A stretch of DNA of 63,935 nucleotides, the filler included, from Craspedostauros australis (lineage: Eukaryota): the NCBI GenBank assembly GCA_030167865.1. It is 10 parts of 10 records of this genome, joined end to end, with 100 filler letters (N's around TTAATTAATTAA, not from the genome) between each part and the next. Parts side by side here need not be neighbours in the genome. Positions count along the whole stretch, not along the records: positions 14,512 to 38,062 come from JALAGF010003817.1; 9 more parts are not named here. One strand, 5' to 3'. Below are positions 24,692-38,162 of this stretch, piece after piece (the stretch's first letter is position 1; every line of letters begins with the position of its first letter). Under the pieces are notes generated by a model. It was not told the DNA's origin. It saw only the letters and a program-made list of their open reading frames with translations, and ran no database searches. The translations under genes and the position numbers were made by a program.

Positions 24692-27305
24692 TTACTGCAC
24701 ATATCCCAACCATGACGGGTGCTGCAACGGACCATCCTCCTCGTTCATGCGGGTAGTCTTGCGACCTAGCTCGCGAGCCACAGCTCCCCAGCTTGGAGCA
24801 TCCTTGGCATCCACAGCCGTGTTTCCCTTTGCCGTCGCTGCATCCATGCATGTTCCGAGAGTATCGGAAGCATCGGGGGCGGAGGCACCATCACTTCCCG
24901 CAGTGCGTCGACTCGCGACCTTGGGCACATCGGGTGGACTCGAATTGGCCTTTTCAACATCGCGGACAGCATCATCGCCGCCATTTCCGTCTCGACCATT
25001 GCGTTCACGGCTGTCACTGACATCGCGAACAATATCATCGCCGTCATTGATAGATCTGCTGCTTCGGCGGAAGATACCAAAGATCGCCTTGCCTCTGCTG
25101 CTTCCACTGGAACGCGCGGGCATCTTTGAATCCTGGAAGGAATCTTCGCCAACTTCGCCATCCTCAAAGATCCCCATCTCATCATCCGTAGCCCCAATGA
25201 TGGAAAGCTGACGACGGTTGGAGCGGCGTTTGTCGGGTGTGCCACTGGTGCGGATGTGACCACTGTTGATGAGGTCATGGTCACGATCATGGTCACGATC
25301 ATGGTCACGATCAATATCTTTGTGACTGTCAGCCTTTGACGAAGCTACAGATTTGGGTGGAGACATTGGGTCTGCTCCATGAGCGCGTTGTGCTTCCAAG
25401 TCACATACATCTTCGTCAATGCCATGGCCAGGATTGGGTACACCGCCGCCACCGCCAGCTTCAGCACCATCCATACCACCCGGCACCAACTCAGCATCGT
25501 GCAGATCTGGGATTATGCCGACGCAAGTGCCGTATGGCAACTTGCTCGGACTACCATCGCGTGTGTTCGCTCCCTTGCTGGCACCGCTGTCATCTGGATG
25601 GTGATGATGATGGTAATGGTGGTAGTGATGCTCATCATGGACCACAAGTCGGTTATTCGCAGATCTTCCCGTCGCTTTGGTGCCACCACCATCGCTGGCA
25701 GCCGCGGCTGTAGTGCCGTCGATTGGAACCACGGCCAATCGGTCCGAACAGCTCAGCGTCAGCACGAGCCCCATTGCAAATGCGCCGCATGCCAAGGCTG
25801 CCGACTGCCCACCAGTCTCGAGGCTGCATTGCCCATCAGATGCGAAGCACACGCTGGAGAAGTCAATGATGATGAGGAACGTCGATGCCTGCATCCCAAG
25901 GGCCAGGAACCACACCAACGAAGAGCACTTCCAGCTCGAACCCGAACCAGAGAACCAAAACCGAGACCAAAGAGCCGAGATCCCAAGCATGGGTGCCAGC
26001 ATGGAGGCGATCTGTGCGACGAGCACCATACGCTGATCGGTGATGAGGAAGACCCGTGACGAATATGCCCCGCAAACACCATCGAAGATCGTCGCGCCGA
26101 AGGGATCTTGTGACGGTGTCGCAACTCCGCCATCTTCGTTGGTCTCGACGACGTGAAAGCGGAAAAGGCCGACATGGGCAGATATCGCATCATCGAACGG
26201 TGGTTCGAGATCGAAATCATGGTCGATGGGTAGCTTGGTGCCGTTGAGGAGAGTCGTGAAGCTGTCTTGACTTGGCTCGAAGGAGAGGAACTGACAGGAC
26301 AGGCATGCGTAGGAAGCGCAGAGGACACCGAACAGGCCCGTGACGGCAACCACGAATCTTTGCGATGGATAGTGAATAGGTCCGATGGTATGAAGCGAGA
26401 AGAAATGAGTGAAGGAGAACGGGCGGTCGTGAGAGTTCCATGTGAGGCAGTGCAAATCGGAGACACTGATATGATCAATACAGTCGCTGTCATCACCCAG
26501 AGCATGCATCGTGGCAATACAATGCCATGCACTCCCAATTGCTTGTGTTCTTCACTTACTGCAAGACAGCATGTGGTTGGCGGACGATCCATTGCGGACC
26601 ATCACCGTTTGAACCATCCGTGGCACCGAAGGATGGTGGGATCGTCTTCTCATCAAGCATCGAGATATCTTCGCGAAAGCTTGTTGTGATCTTGCTCCCA
26701 CGTGGGCGGCGATCGTCGCGGTGATGGAACCGACGAGAGCAGTTGCCGCTTCTGCTAGTGCCATCGTCGCTCTTGCTGCCACCGGTGCTGCGCGAAGTGA
26801 CGCTACGTTGTTGATCGAGATGGTCGGACGTCTCGAACGCCCGGAGGTCTTCGCTGTTCTCCTCGATGACAGTGAACGTTCCGACGTCGTTGGGCATGGC
26901 GGTCTTGTCATCGTAGATGACATCACCTCCGTCATCGGCAATATCGAAGGTCAACGAACCGATCGTCGTGTTGTCGTTGTGAAAGATCGTGGTTGTTTTG
27001 GGGTACGGATGAGCGGACGTTGGATCATCGTCAATGTCATCATCAATGTCATCGTCGGCATCTTCTTCGTTCGTATCGATGTCTGCATCTGTGGTTCGCT
27101 CCCATCCGTCATCTTGCTCGTAGCTTCCGTCGTCCAAGTCTTGTTCGAAGGCATCCACGAAGGCTTCGCTGCTGTCGATGGCTTCCGACATTGTGGTTGT
27201 CTTGTCGAGCAATGCTGACTGTGCCTCTCTGTGCTTGAGGTCTGTTTCGATCTCTTTCGATGATGGGATTGTGGTGATGGGCCGCATGAATGCAACGATG
27301 CCCAA
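24692..27305 (-). CDS. Four-TM claudin/PMP22-like membrane protein with long disordered termini; exons 27305-26560 and 26357-24692
   Basis: Phase-2 intron (CA|gtaagt...cgcaaag|A) joins the two ORFs in frame; four hydrophobic segments, GLF motif in loop 1, C..C in loop 2; family assignment by eye. Confidence 0.7.
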
Positions 27306-30300
27306 GAGTGAGTTGGAATGGAGCTGAGTGAGTGAATGAGTGGACGGTCCAAATTCAACAACGATCCATCGATCAGTCGATCAGTCGGTGGCATCTTCCA
27401 ATATCGTCAAAGGAGCAAGCAGATGCCAATCAGGCACCAATTCAAAATCAACTCATGTGCAGATGCAAGCAGGTGAGATGTTCCGACTTACCGCTCGTTT
27501 GTGACGATGCGACGAACGCAATGGCTGCTGTTTATCCTGATGCGATGCGGTGTGCGGTCGCCTTCAGTTTGTGTGTTGCTGGAGCCGTCGAAGAAGAGTG
27601 ATCGATCATGATTGCAAGAAAGGCACATCACGGCGCTGCCATGCCGCAGCTCGATGCCATCGCCAACGATGGCAGGGAGCACCCGAGATGAAGAAGACGG
27701 AAGGATGAGCATCACCGTCGGTATCATCGCCATCATTACCATCACTGCCATCACTGCCATCACCAACCTCCATCAGTGCCAAGAGATGATTCATCGCAGA
27801 AACCAACGGCCAAAAGCAACTGCCACAATCGGACATGGGCTACATAGCTGCCTCATCCATGTGGCTGTGTCGTCGGACACTCCATATCTTCGTGGCCGGT
27901 ATCGTTGTTGAAGGTAACGGCAACAGCTTTGGCAAAGTCCAGATGTCGTCGGGTCCAGACACGATGGACATCGTGGGCATCGTGGACAGCACACTTGATG
28001 TGCTGCGATGTGTGCGAAATCGATCCAAAAATACGAGAAATCGCACATCAACGGTCACATCAACAAGTCCGGATTTTGGAACCCAAGTCAGCGTGGTCGA
28101 ATGGGTCATGCACGAATGACAATAGATTCGTTTTGCTTGGTGAGATCTGCCTTGATGAGAACCTCACACCTCTCCTGGCGAGCACGAAACTGTTCTGATG
28201 GGTGATGTGCCATGGGTTGCCGACCAGGATGGTGGGCGCCGTCCTTCTTCCTCCGCCTCCTATCTGCAACGTCAGCGTGGTGGCAAGGTGGATGCACAGG
28301 CTGCAAAGAACGAACCCAACCAAGCTGGATTGGAACCTTCGCGGATCGATCTCAACACCGACGAACAGGATGTACGACTCGACGATGAAGGCAAGAGGAA
28401 GAGCTGAGAGTGTTTGTTTGTGCTAGCGGGGAAGGATGAGCACTCAACGTTGACAATTGCAAGTATTAGCACAAGAGAAAGAAGTTTCCAACAGCGTTCT
28501 TGACGAAACATCAACAGAGTGCTTTGTGCCTGAGTATGTGAATCAAGTGTGAGTGTTGTGCTCTTCGTATCGTACAACTACTCGCAGAGCAATGATAGTA
28601 TTCCACACAAATGCGGCGCAAGAGAGATCGTGAAAGTTCCCGCAACCATGTGTCAGTTGCAACATCACCGCCGATTTTTGGTCTCCATGTACTATTATTT
28701 GGCCAGGGGTCGGCACTTGGCAGCAATCGTGCCAACGAACGCTTTAGCACATGAAGATATGTGACGAAAATAGCGCAGAGCAGCACCAATGCTTGTGAAA
28801 GACGCACCAAGGCAGATGAGATCGTGGATCTTTCTCATGCGACATGGTTGCGGTGAGAAACAATGCAGATGGAGGACGAACTCATGGTACACGCTTTGAC
28901 ATGTGAACACCAAGCGGGCAACATGTTGGAGGATTCCCGAATTGATACTATACTCTACACTCTCTGGAGAGAGAGAGAGAGAGAGAAGCAATGATCGTGC
29001 TCGATGTAGGCTTGGCGCCACATGAATCTCTTCTCTTTGTGATCATCTTGTTGGCAAGATTGTCCCAGCAACACCATTTGAGTTGATCCAAACGAGTGAT
29101 TTACACGGATGTAGCGCCGCCCGCCACAACACAAAAGACCGCCGCCAACACCATCGCGCTCCCTTTCATTGTTTGCTCTGGTGCTTGGCGAGTGTGTCGT
29201 CGTCTAACCACGACAGTAGCGATGGAGGTATCGCCATAAAACAGGATGACCAACATGAAAGAAGATGAGGATCCCCGTTGCTAAAAACATGCACGTCGCC
29301 GAACTCCCCGTTTGTATCAGCAGAATGTCCCTCCACATTTGCGGCGCCCTTGCACATTGATCATGGTGGCTCCAATGCGATAAAATTGCGCGTGCGCGCA
29401 CCGCATTTGCGCAGCTGCACCCAATTTGTGGGGATTCAATTTCCGCAGCGACACACGAGCGGACATTCCGACCGTTTGTTTTACAGGCACAAGTCATCTC
29501 AAAACGTTATTTCGTCGTTGAATTGTAAATCGTGTCGCCAACTTTCATAAGCAGCAGCGCGATCTTTCCGTTATCGTTCGCCGTTGGTCCAGGCATTGCG
29601 CGCCAACTGCACCTTGTGTGGCACATCCATCTGGAATCGTGCAACCAAGAAGCTGCCGAATGTGGCGTCGTTACGGCAGTCCGCGATGCGAATAGTGTTG
29701 TCCACGCGAGATGGCCCAAAATAGAAATCGCAACGACGATCACGTGTGAGCAAGACGAGTCGCCAACAGAAACAGAAACCGCAACTCCGCCATCTTACTT
29801 GCAACAACAACAAACCACGATCCCCACAAACCATTCCGCACTTCCACATTCGATTCTCCAAAAAGCGAACAGAACAGCAACTCAACACAACACAAGAGGC
29901 ACAGGGTCTTTCCTTCTTTTGCTGATGACAACGGAAGCGTAGTCGCAACCTCCACTTTTCACATCCTCTCTCTTGGGACAGAAAGAAGCAGAAGAGAGTG
30001 TGACAGCTGCGAGTAGGGTATAGTACTCTGTGACCGACAGTTACAACTCATTTGGTGGCTTCACTCCATTTCACTTCGACATCCTCCATCACCCTCCGTC
30101 ACCCTCCATCACATTTCACTTCGATTCACTGCCATCAAGCTGACCATCAGGTCACACAAGTGAAGCACAAACACAAACAAGCCGCAGTTGTCGACGCAGT
30201 TCATTGAAGTCGGTCCTCATCCATCAAGTTGGTCTGCTCATAATTCAACTCGGGCTTCAGATTGCAGCCGACAGACAAACAGAAAGGAACAACAAGCTGT

Positions 30301-30349
30301 TCTTGCCAACCAATCAACCAACCAAGCACAACAACAAGCAATATCCACA

Positions 30350-32438
30350 ATGAAGATCACCAACAGCCTCACGAGGATGGTGATGCTCTGCATCTTGACA
30401 TCGGCAACCGCGACGGACGACGCCGCACGCGCCACGAACCTGCGTGGATTTGCCAGCAACCAGGAACGCTCCCTGCAATCCCTGACCGTGATCTCGTCCG
30501 ATCCAACGGGCAGCGACCTTCCCTTGCAACGATGCCACGGAGATTGCGACGACACCGACCACTGCGCCGCTGGTCTCGTCTGCCACCAACGCAATCCCGG
30601 CGACGATGTGCCAGGCTGCTCCGGCGGTGCCAACGACATGTCCTATTCCGACTACTGCGTGGATCCGGCGGATCTGCCAAGCACCACCTCGAACCCAACG
30701 ACGGGCAGTGGTTCGGGGCCCACCTTGCAGTTCGACTTCGTGCGCAATGACGACTCGGGCAATTTGGGAGAGTGTGAAGGAGGTAAGATTCATTGTACTC
30801 GTTTGTGTGTGTATGTGCATGTGTATACTGTGTATGTGCACGTGTGTGCACTGTACGCTGTGTGTATGGTATGGTGTGGTATCGTATCGTATGGTACCAC
30901 ATCACACTACGCTACACTGCACCCGCCGTATGTTCCACGAGCATTGGTGCGCGATCGAAAATGCGTCGTGTTTTGTGTCGGATACACATCTTGGCGCGAA
31001 GAACACCATGTATCGCATTGTATCTTTTGTTGGGGCGCGGGAATGAAACATCACGCAGTTTCGAACTTCGGAATGCGAAGAGAATGCGAGGATGCCACTC
31101 ATACTTTACCTGCGAGTACTCACCCCTCTAATTCCATCACCCATTTTCATTGCATTGCATTGCATTTCATTGCATTGAAACTACCCATGCGCACTCTACC
31201 ATTTTCACTGCTTGCAGACTGCGACACCAATGACCACTGCATCGGCAACCTCGTATGTTACCAGCGAAATGGCGGAGACGACGTGCCTGGTTGCCTGGGC
31301 ATCGACGGAAGTAACTCGGACTACTGCGCTCAGCCTGGTCTGGTGGTGGATGGCACAACCGCGGCCACCACAGGTGCTACCACTGCTGCAACGACAACCA
31401 CCACAGTAGCGGCCACAACAGCGGCCACCACAGCGGCTACAACAGGTGCCACAACAGGTGCACCGACAACCACCACAACCAACAGCGGAGGCATGCTTCA
31501 TTACCAGTTCTTTGCTACCGTCCCAGCTGATCTCTTCGATGAATGCCAAGGAGGTGAGTTCTTGCAATCGATATTGCTGCTGGCTTGAATACTATTATAT
31601 ATACGCACTGCAATGTGATATGGTATGCTGCGCTCATGAATCTAAGCTGTTGTCCATTTGCATTTGCATTCACACTTACACTTCCTTTCCTGCCTTCTCT
31701 GGACACTACCTGCATCTAACTGCGACTGATTACTTCGTTCTGTGCCGTTTATGAAACCGAACAGATTGTGACACCAACGCGGACTGCAAGACCGGCTTGG
31801 TCTGCTACGAGAGAGATGAGTACGATCCAATCCCAGGCTGTTTGGGAACGGACGGCAGCCGCTCCGACTACTGCGCTCCTCCAGGCTTGGGCGGCACCAC
31901 CACAACCCAGGCAACCACCACGAACGGAGGCACCAGCAACGGCAACGGCGGCGCACCCCTCGACTACTACCCCATCCGCCTTTACTGGGAGAGCGGATAC
32001 TACTGGCAGGAGACCTACAGCGAGACCTTCTGGTGCATCGGATGCCGCAACGACAATTGCTACGACGGCACCAAGATGTACCTCGACGACTGCCGCGACG
32101 GCCGCGAAAAGCAACGCCGACCCAGGAAGTTCCGCATGGAGTTCCAGAACAACAATGAATTCCTGATCCGCCTCAAGGACACGAATCTATGCTGGCGACG
32201 CGACGGCCTCGACATCCACCTCGACGGCTGCAACGCCAACAACGGCAGGCAGCTGTGGAAGACGCACCCCGGCAGCGGCGTGGGTCTTGGTGATAAGTTC
32301 GAATTGACGCAGGATGGCATCGAGTCGCGATGCGTGACACAACGCCATCATCCCAAGTACGATGAGGAGGTCGAGATCGAGTGGTGCTGGCAGGCGCGAC
32401 CTGATGAGACCTCATTCTGGAACTGGTACACGGATTAG
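30350..32438 (+). CDS. Frustulin (diatom cell-wall protein): signal peptide, three acidic Cys-rich (ACR) domains, Thr-rich linkers, Trp-rich C-terminal domain; exons 30350-30782, 31218-31553, 31765-32438
   Basis: Spliced repeats CHGDCD, CEGDCD, CQGDCD each followed by C...LVC..R....(V/I)PGC...SDYC; phase-1 GT-AG introns. Confidence 0.88.
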
Positions 32439-32954
32439 AGTGGATGCAGATGCAGATGATAGTACTGGTAGAGTATCGCATGTACACGGACGCATGGATG
32501 GGATCAACGTGTAACTTTAAAGGATGAATGAATGAACAAGGAGATCGTGAATGAGTTTTCTTCTTCGTAAATTCTCCGCACGCTTAAGTAAGTTGGGTGG
32601 TATGGACGAAGCCTGTGACATTGTTTTGCCTTAAATGTTGAAAAGGCCCAATGCCATCGCGCCTTCCTTTGCAGACATGTCATTGTGGGAAGTTCGTCAT
32701 GTTGCATTTGTTCACATGCGCAACACGGAAGAGACAGGCAACCAAGCAAGAAAGCAAGCAAGAAAGCAAGCAAGCAACCAAGACAGTCTCATGGAATTGG
32801 AGTTGGAACAGGCAAATCCCCACCCGCGGAGTGAACTGTAATGCATATAATGCGAGTGCGAGTACAAGTAGAATAGCAGAACACACACACACTCTCTCCC
32901 TAGCACAACAACGACAGTGACGATCACAGCAATATAAATCAGAAGAACAGAGTG

Positions 32955-35942
32955 ATGGCCGCCTCATCCCGCCAAATCCGCGGCCTCACGGACGACGGAG
33001 ACGAGGAACCGCTGAGCTTGCTGCGTGCGCCCATCTCGTTGCAATCCACGCACACGACGACTGCTCATGCATCATCACCCATCGCTCATTCGCACAACCA
33101 CCACCGAGCCGACGATATCTCCTCCATGACATCTGCGTCATCGCCGACTCTGTACGGTCGCGAGCCTTACACGCAACCGACGTACGCTGCGCCAAGCAAC
33201 ATGCTGCCACCTGCGCCAGAACTCGACTCGGCCGAGAACACGCCGCGCACCAATCCTTCGAAACCGAGCATCGCGCAGCCGCAAGAGCTGCCTTTGTCGG
33301 ATTCGCTCTATTCGAGTCCATCGTCGTCACCGCGACATGCGAGCAACACCGACGACGACGACGACGACATGAACATGACGTCCTACATGCACTATCTGCA
33401 GGAATCCTCACCGGCCAACTCCAGCTGCTCCACGCCGCAATCGACAAACACCACATCGTCTTCGATGCATCGACAGCGCACGATGCCGTGCATGCCTTCG
33501 CTGGATCGAGAAGCATCCACTTCGGGGCCTCCCACGACCATTTCGACCACGAGCGTGCAGCCGCCGCCGTCGTTGCTGTTTGCTACGAGCGAGGGAACCG
33601 GTGGGGAACGCACGGCGAAAACCAACAACCGATCCACGAGGCAGCTGGACGATGCGGAGATGCAGCAGCAGACAGATTCGCAGAAGCAGCTGTTGGATGC
33701 CTTGCCGGTTGCGACGCAGGTGGATGCCCAGCATCCCGGTGCCTTTTCCGTTCCCACGACGCACGACTTCATCAGCGCAAGGCAACAAGAGGAGATGGCC
33801 AAGATATTGGCCGAATCCAAGGACAACAACAGCAACAACAGCAACAGCAACAACAGCAACAGCAACACTGCAAGTAGTACCAACAGCCTCGACATCGCAC
33901 GCGGCGTACCATCGCGACCACCCTCGCGATCCTTCCGACATCCATGGCAAACGGAATATGCGGCCGTGACGCCCAGCGACGATTCAGAAATGGCAACGAC
34001 CAACAACTCCCTGCATGGACGCAGGAGCTTCAGCAGTCGGGCGTCGTCATCCTTGTATCCATCGCTCGATATGCTGCGGTACATCACGGGGACTTTGGAG
34101 GATGCCGACGACAATCCACAGCAGGAAGAGGAGAGTCTGCCCGAAGATGGTCTCGAGGCCACCAGCGATGACATGCCACAGCAGCAACCAGCAACACGTT
34201 TGCCAAAGACGGAACCCCTCATGCACGCCACCGTCGTGCGTCGCATCGTCACGCCCAACTTCCATGACAGTCTGCAATCCAGCTTCACGAACGAGCCCAG
34301 TGTGGGTTCCGACGAACCCACCAAATCGCAGCGATGGTACCGACGCATGGATCGGTGTTGCAAGTGGTGGATCGGTATCATGGTCGTTGTCTTGTTCATC
34401 TTTTTGGGATTGGGTGTGTGGTGGTGGGCGGTGGCGCAGCGTGGTCAATCCAAGTCCCAGGAGAAGTCTGCTGCTGCGCAAGCGCCTGTTGCATCGCCGA
34501 CGGCGGCGCCCACCATGTCTCCACGATCGGCGACGACAGCACCCACCATGGCACAGCGATCTGCGACAACGGAACCCACTATGTCACAACGATCTGCGAC
34601 CACGGAACCCACCGCAGCACAAGACACTGTCTTCACAGAACGCTTCATACAACTGTACAGCTTGCTATCGCCGTCCTTGACGCCTGACGATGGCGCCTTG
34701 ATACAGCAACCATCGTCACCGCAGCACAAAGCCATGGCGTGGTTATCTTCTGACGACGATGTTGTTTACGATTTCACCAACGCGCCCATCTCCCAAACCT
34801 TGCAACGGTACGCATCGGCCGTTCTCTACCATTCCACCAACGGCGATCGTTGGGACAAGTCTATTCAATTCTTGTCCTCGTCGAAGTCCATTTGTGAATG
34901 GAACAATCTCGACTTTTATGAGGGCGACATGGATAGGAGCCTCGGAATCATCTGTGATCCCACCGATGACGAGGTCATTCACATTCAATTGGGTGAGTGC
35001 AGGACTACTTCTGATCTCGAGAGAGCACGCTGGGATACTCTGCGTTTGGTGCCAATGTTGCTGCTTCGGCTGTTGTGAATGTTGCGTGTCTCCATTCTGC
35101 TTTCGTCACGCTCCGGCTCACAAGGCTATTGCACTTCTCTGTCTAATTCTATTCACTCTTTCCTCTCTGCACTTCGTTTCGACGCGCTCATGGCTTCACC
35201 CTCGACAGCCGGCAATGACCTCAACGGCACAATACCGACGGAACTGGCGTTCTTCACGTCGTTGGAAAAGCTGGATTTCGATGACAACAATCTGCACAGC
35301 ACCATCCCCACCCAAATCTTCACAATGCCAAACCTTCAGTACTTCTGGTTCCTGAAGAACTCCATCGCTGGCGCCATCCCGACCGAAGTCGGCAATGCGA
35401 CATCCCTATGGAGCATCGACTGGAACCAGAACAAACTGACGGGCACGATCCCCACCGAACTCGGCCTACTGACGAACCTGCGCTACCTCGGCATCAACGA
35501 GCAGGCCAACCTGCACGGCACGTTGCCAAGCCAACTGGGCCGACTGCGCGAACTCGTGGACCTGGATCTGCACGGCAACCGACTGCGCGGCGCCATTCCT
35601 CAAGCGGCGGGACGATGGACGCAGCTGCAGCACCTGTACCTGCATTCCAACGCGTTGCAAGGCGAACTGCCGACGCAGATGCAGCATCTGACATCGATGG
35701 AGGTGTTCTCGATCTACAGCAACGTGGACATCACGGGCGCGTTGCCAGAGCAGCTGCGCGAATGGCGCACGCGCGGTGCATTGCAGTCGGCGTATTTGGA
35801 TGACACGAGTTTGACGGGATCCTTGGACGACATCTTGTGTGTTGGCGACTGGGAGTCCCTCTATGCGGATTGCATCAACGAAGTGGAGTGCACATGTTGC
35901 ACGCATTGCTGCGATGATGAGAATGGATGTAAAGTTAATTGA
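32955..35942 (+). CDS. LRR receptor-like membrane protein C; exons 32955-34992 and 35209-35942
   Basis: TM WWIGIMVVVLFIFLGLGVWWW, PT stalk, QRYASAVLYHST cap, phase-1 intron G|gtgagt...gacag|CC, LRRs, ADC..VECTCCTHCC end. Confidence 0.88.
34509..34613 (+). repeat. 33-bp coding tandem repeat (PTMxxRSATTx, three copies) in stalk of LRR gene C
   Basis: PTMSPRSATTA-PTMAQRSATTE-PTMSQRSATTE-PT. Confidence 0.85.
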
Positions 35943-36163
35943 ATTAAATTGAATTCGTGATGCGTGGATCAAGCAAAGTAGTAGAGTGCTCAATGCCGCC
36001 GCATGAAGACCGAGCGCAAGTGGGTAGAGTAATGTGGTTACAGCTATCGATACAGCAGCTTGATGCTCTGTTGTGTGGCGATGTATTGTTGGGTACAAAT
36101 GTCTTCGCTGTTGCAAAAGACAATCAAGGTGCCACTCTACTGACCAAAGTCAGCACGGTCTCG

Positions 36164-37291
36164 TCACAAAGGTTGCGCCGAACTGTGCACCCACCACGTC
36201 AATCTCGGCGTGCGCACCTGACGGCCGTACACAACAGCATTCTGCGGCGTGTCAAAGATCACAGCCAACCCTTGGACTCCACCCTGCGCATGTAGCTGAT
36301 AGCCGTTATCAACAAGCATCTGGACGGTCGCTTGCGTCTTCGGCCTCATATTCCAAAAGATATGCTTGACGCGCTGTGACTCCACGAGCTGCTTGGCACC
36401 ATCCCAAATAGCCTTGTCATTGCCACCCGTATCGACTTGCAACAGAATGTCGGGGCCCTCTGACATCCAGCCTTGTTTCGTGGCGAAGGCGTCCAACGAG
36501 CGGTCCGCGCCGTCAATGATATGGGGGTAGATAACGGGCACGTTGGCCTGCCATCTCTCCTTGTTGAAATCGATGGTGCGACAGAAGAGGTTGTTGCTGT
36601 GATCGCTCAAGTCAAAGGAGTAGGACTGAATGCCAAAGTGTGCAGCGCAGGCCGAGTACCATCCCATATCGGAACCGACGTCGACGAAGACGTAGGTGGA
36701 CTTGCCTTTGGCGGCTTGCAAGATGGATTCCATGGCGCCGATGCTGGAGGCGTGATGTGTGCCGTACATGTTGATGTCATGTCTTGGACGGGTGTGATCC
36801 GTGGCGAAGTCGAAGTCGAGTTTGGTGGTGTATGGCAGATCGATGGTCCTTCGATTGAATGTGACTTGCGCAGAATTGATGGCCGGCGTGCAATCGTACG
36901 GTTGGAATGGGCCTGGAGTTGCAGCAGTTGCAGGAGAGCCCGAAGTTTCTGGTGCCGGAGTTGCTGCGCCATCCGCTTGCTCGGCACCCGCCTCCCGTTC
37001 CTTCTTCTTGCGTCTCACATGTCCGAACGCCCCGAAGATGGAATGCTTGGCCTGCCCTGCTTCATTGACCTGCCCCACCTCGTCTGGCTTCACCATCGTT
37101 GGTGCAACCGAGAGGAATCGACACATCACAGTTCCGAAGCAGATCCCCAGCAAGGCAAATCGCAAGAAGTCCCACAACTGCAGAAGTCTCGATTTGCGTG
37201 GTGAGGATGGGTGCGCGTCAGCCGCATCCACGGGCGAAGCACGCTTCTTGCGCCTTGTTGCCGTCTTGTGGCCTTTGCGGAGCTTCGCCAT
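36164..37291 (-). CDS. Membrane-anchored FkbM-family SAM methyltransferase-like protein
   Basis: N-terminal TM; FVDVGSDMGWYS and SLD...ILLQVDTGGND motifs (degenerate versions of DVGANIG and KIDVEG). Confidence 0.75.
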   Translation of the reverse strand: MAKLRKGHKTATRRKKRASPVDAADAHPSSPRKSRLLQLWDFLRFALLGICFGTVMCRFLSVAPTMVKPDEVGQVNEAGQAKHSIFGAFGHVRRKKKEREAGAEQADGAATPAPETSGSPATAATPGPFQPYDCTPAINSAQVTFNRRTIDLPYTTKLDFDFATDHTRPRHDINMYGTHHASSIGAMESILQAAKGKSTYVFVDVGSDMGWYSACAAHFGIQSYSFDLSDHSNNLFCRTIDFNKERWQANVPVIYPHIIDGADRSLDAFATKQGWMSEGPDILLQVDTGGNDKAIWDGAKQLVESQRVKHIFWNMRPKTQATVQMLVDNGYQLHAQGGVQGLAVIFDTPQNAVVYGRQVRTPRLTWWVHSSAQPL

Positions 37292-38162
37292 GGTTGTTGT
37301 CGTTGCTGCTACTGTCGTTTTGTGCGAGATGCTCTTGTATTATAACAATATCTGTTATTGTGGTGCCTTGCTTTCAATTACAATCTCTCATTACATTATG
37401 GTAAATACAGTTGTACTTCGCTGGGTGAAAGTGTTGGTGTTTGTGCTTGCAAGTGCGTGCTGTTGGATGTGGGTATCGGAGTGAAGGTGGCCAAACACAC
37501 CAAGGAATGACTGTGGCCACCAGAACGCAAAACACGACACACGGCAGTGCCTGCGCAGCACGCAACAATAGTTCCACTGAGGACACGAAGACGTTAATAG
37601 AGGTTATTTAGACGTTTTAGGCAAGACCAACACCAGTTAGTATTCCGTGTCTTCTGCACGTTGTCAGGAGGATGATCCGTCCTTCAACCGGCTTTGACGC
37701 CGTTTGATGTTGAGAACGAGGCCGTGTCAGATGGTGGTGAAAACTGTAGTAGACTTGGAAGTAAGCTGTGAAGATTGTTTCTGATTGCTTGCTTTTTATG
37801 TGTTAAGCTTACTGTTGACAGGACGATCGAGTAAAAGGGCAGGGTTCATGCTGTCGTGCTTGAGCCGTTTGTGTTGTACAGCAACATGTCGTGGTGGTTC
37901 TGCGCATACTCAGCTGTTCAGTAGCCCCATCCGTAGAGCAGTACTTGATCCACGGGTATGGATATGCTTCAAGATGCCTGCAGGATTTGCAAGATGGTTA
38001 GCTGAACAGGTGGCGCAGTTGCATGAGCTGGAGGACGAGCAGAGCATGGATTGTGGTTCAACNNNNNNNNNNNNNNNNNNNNNNNNNNNNNNNNNNNNNN
38101 NNNNNNTTAATTAATTAANNNNNNNNNNNNNNNNNNNNNNNNNNNNNNNNNNNNNNNNNNNN

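Noticed and set aside
27400..30180. Many short ORFs on both strands
   Set aside because: No recognisable domains or consistent splice model; treated as intergenic or unresolved
37590..38062. Possible decayed LINE 3' end on the minus strand
   Set aside because: Only vague peptide resemblance with several stops; cannot be supported without a search
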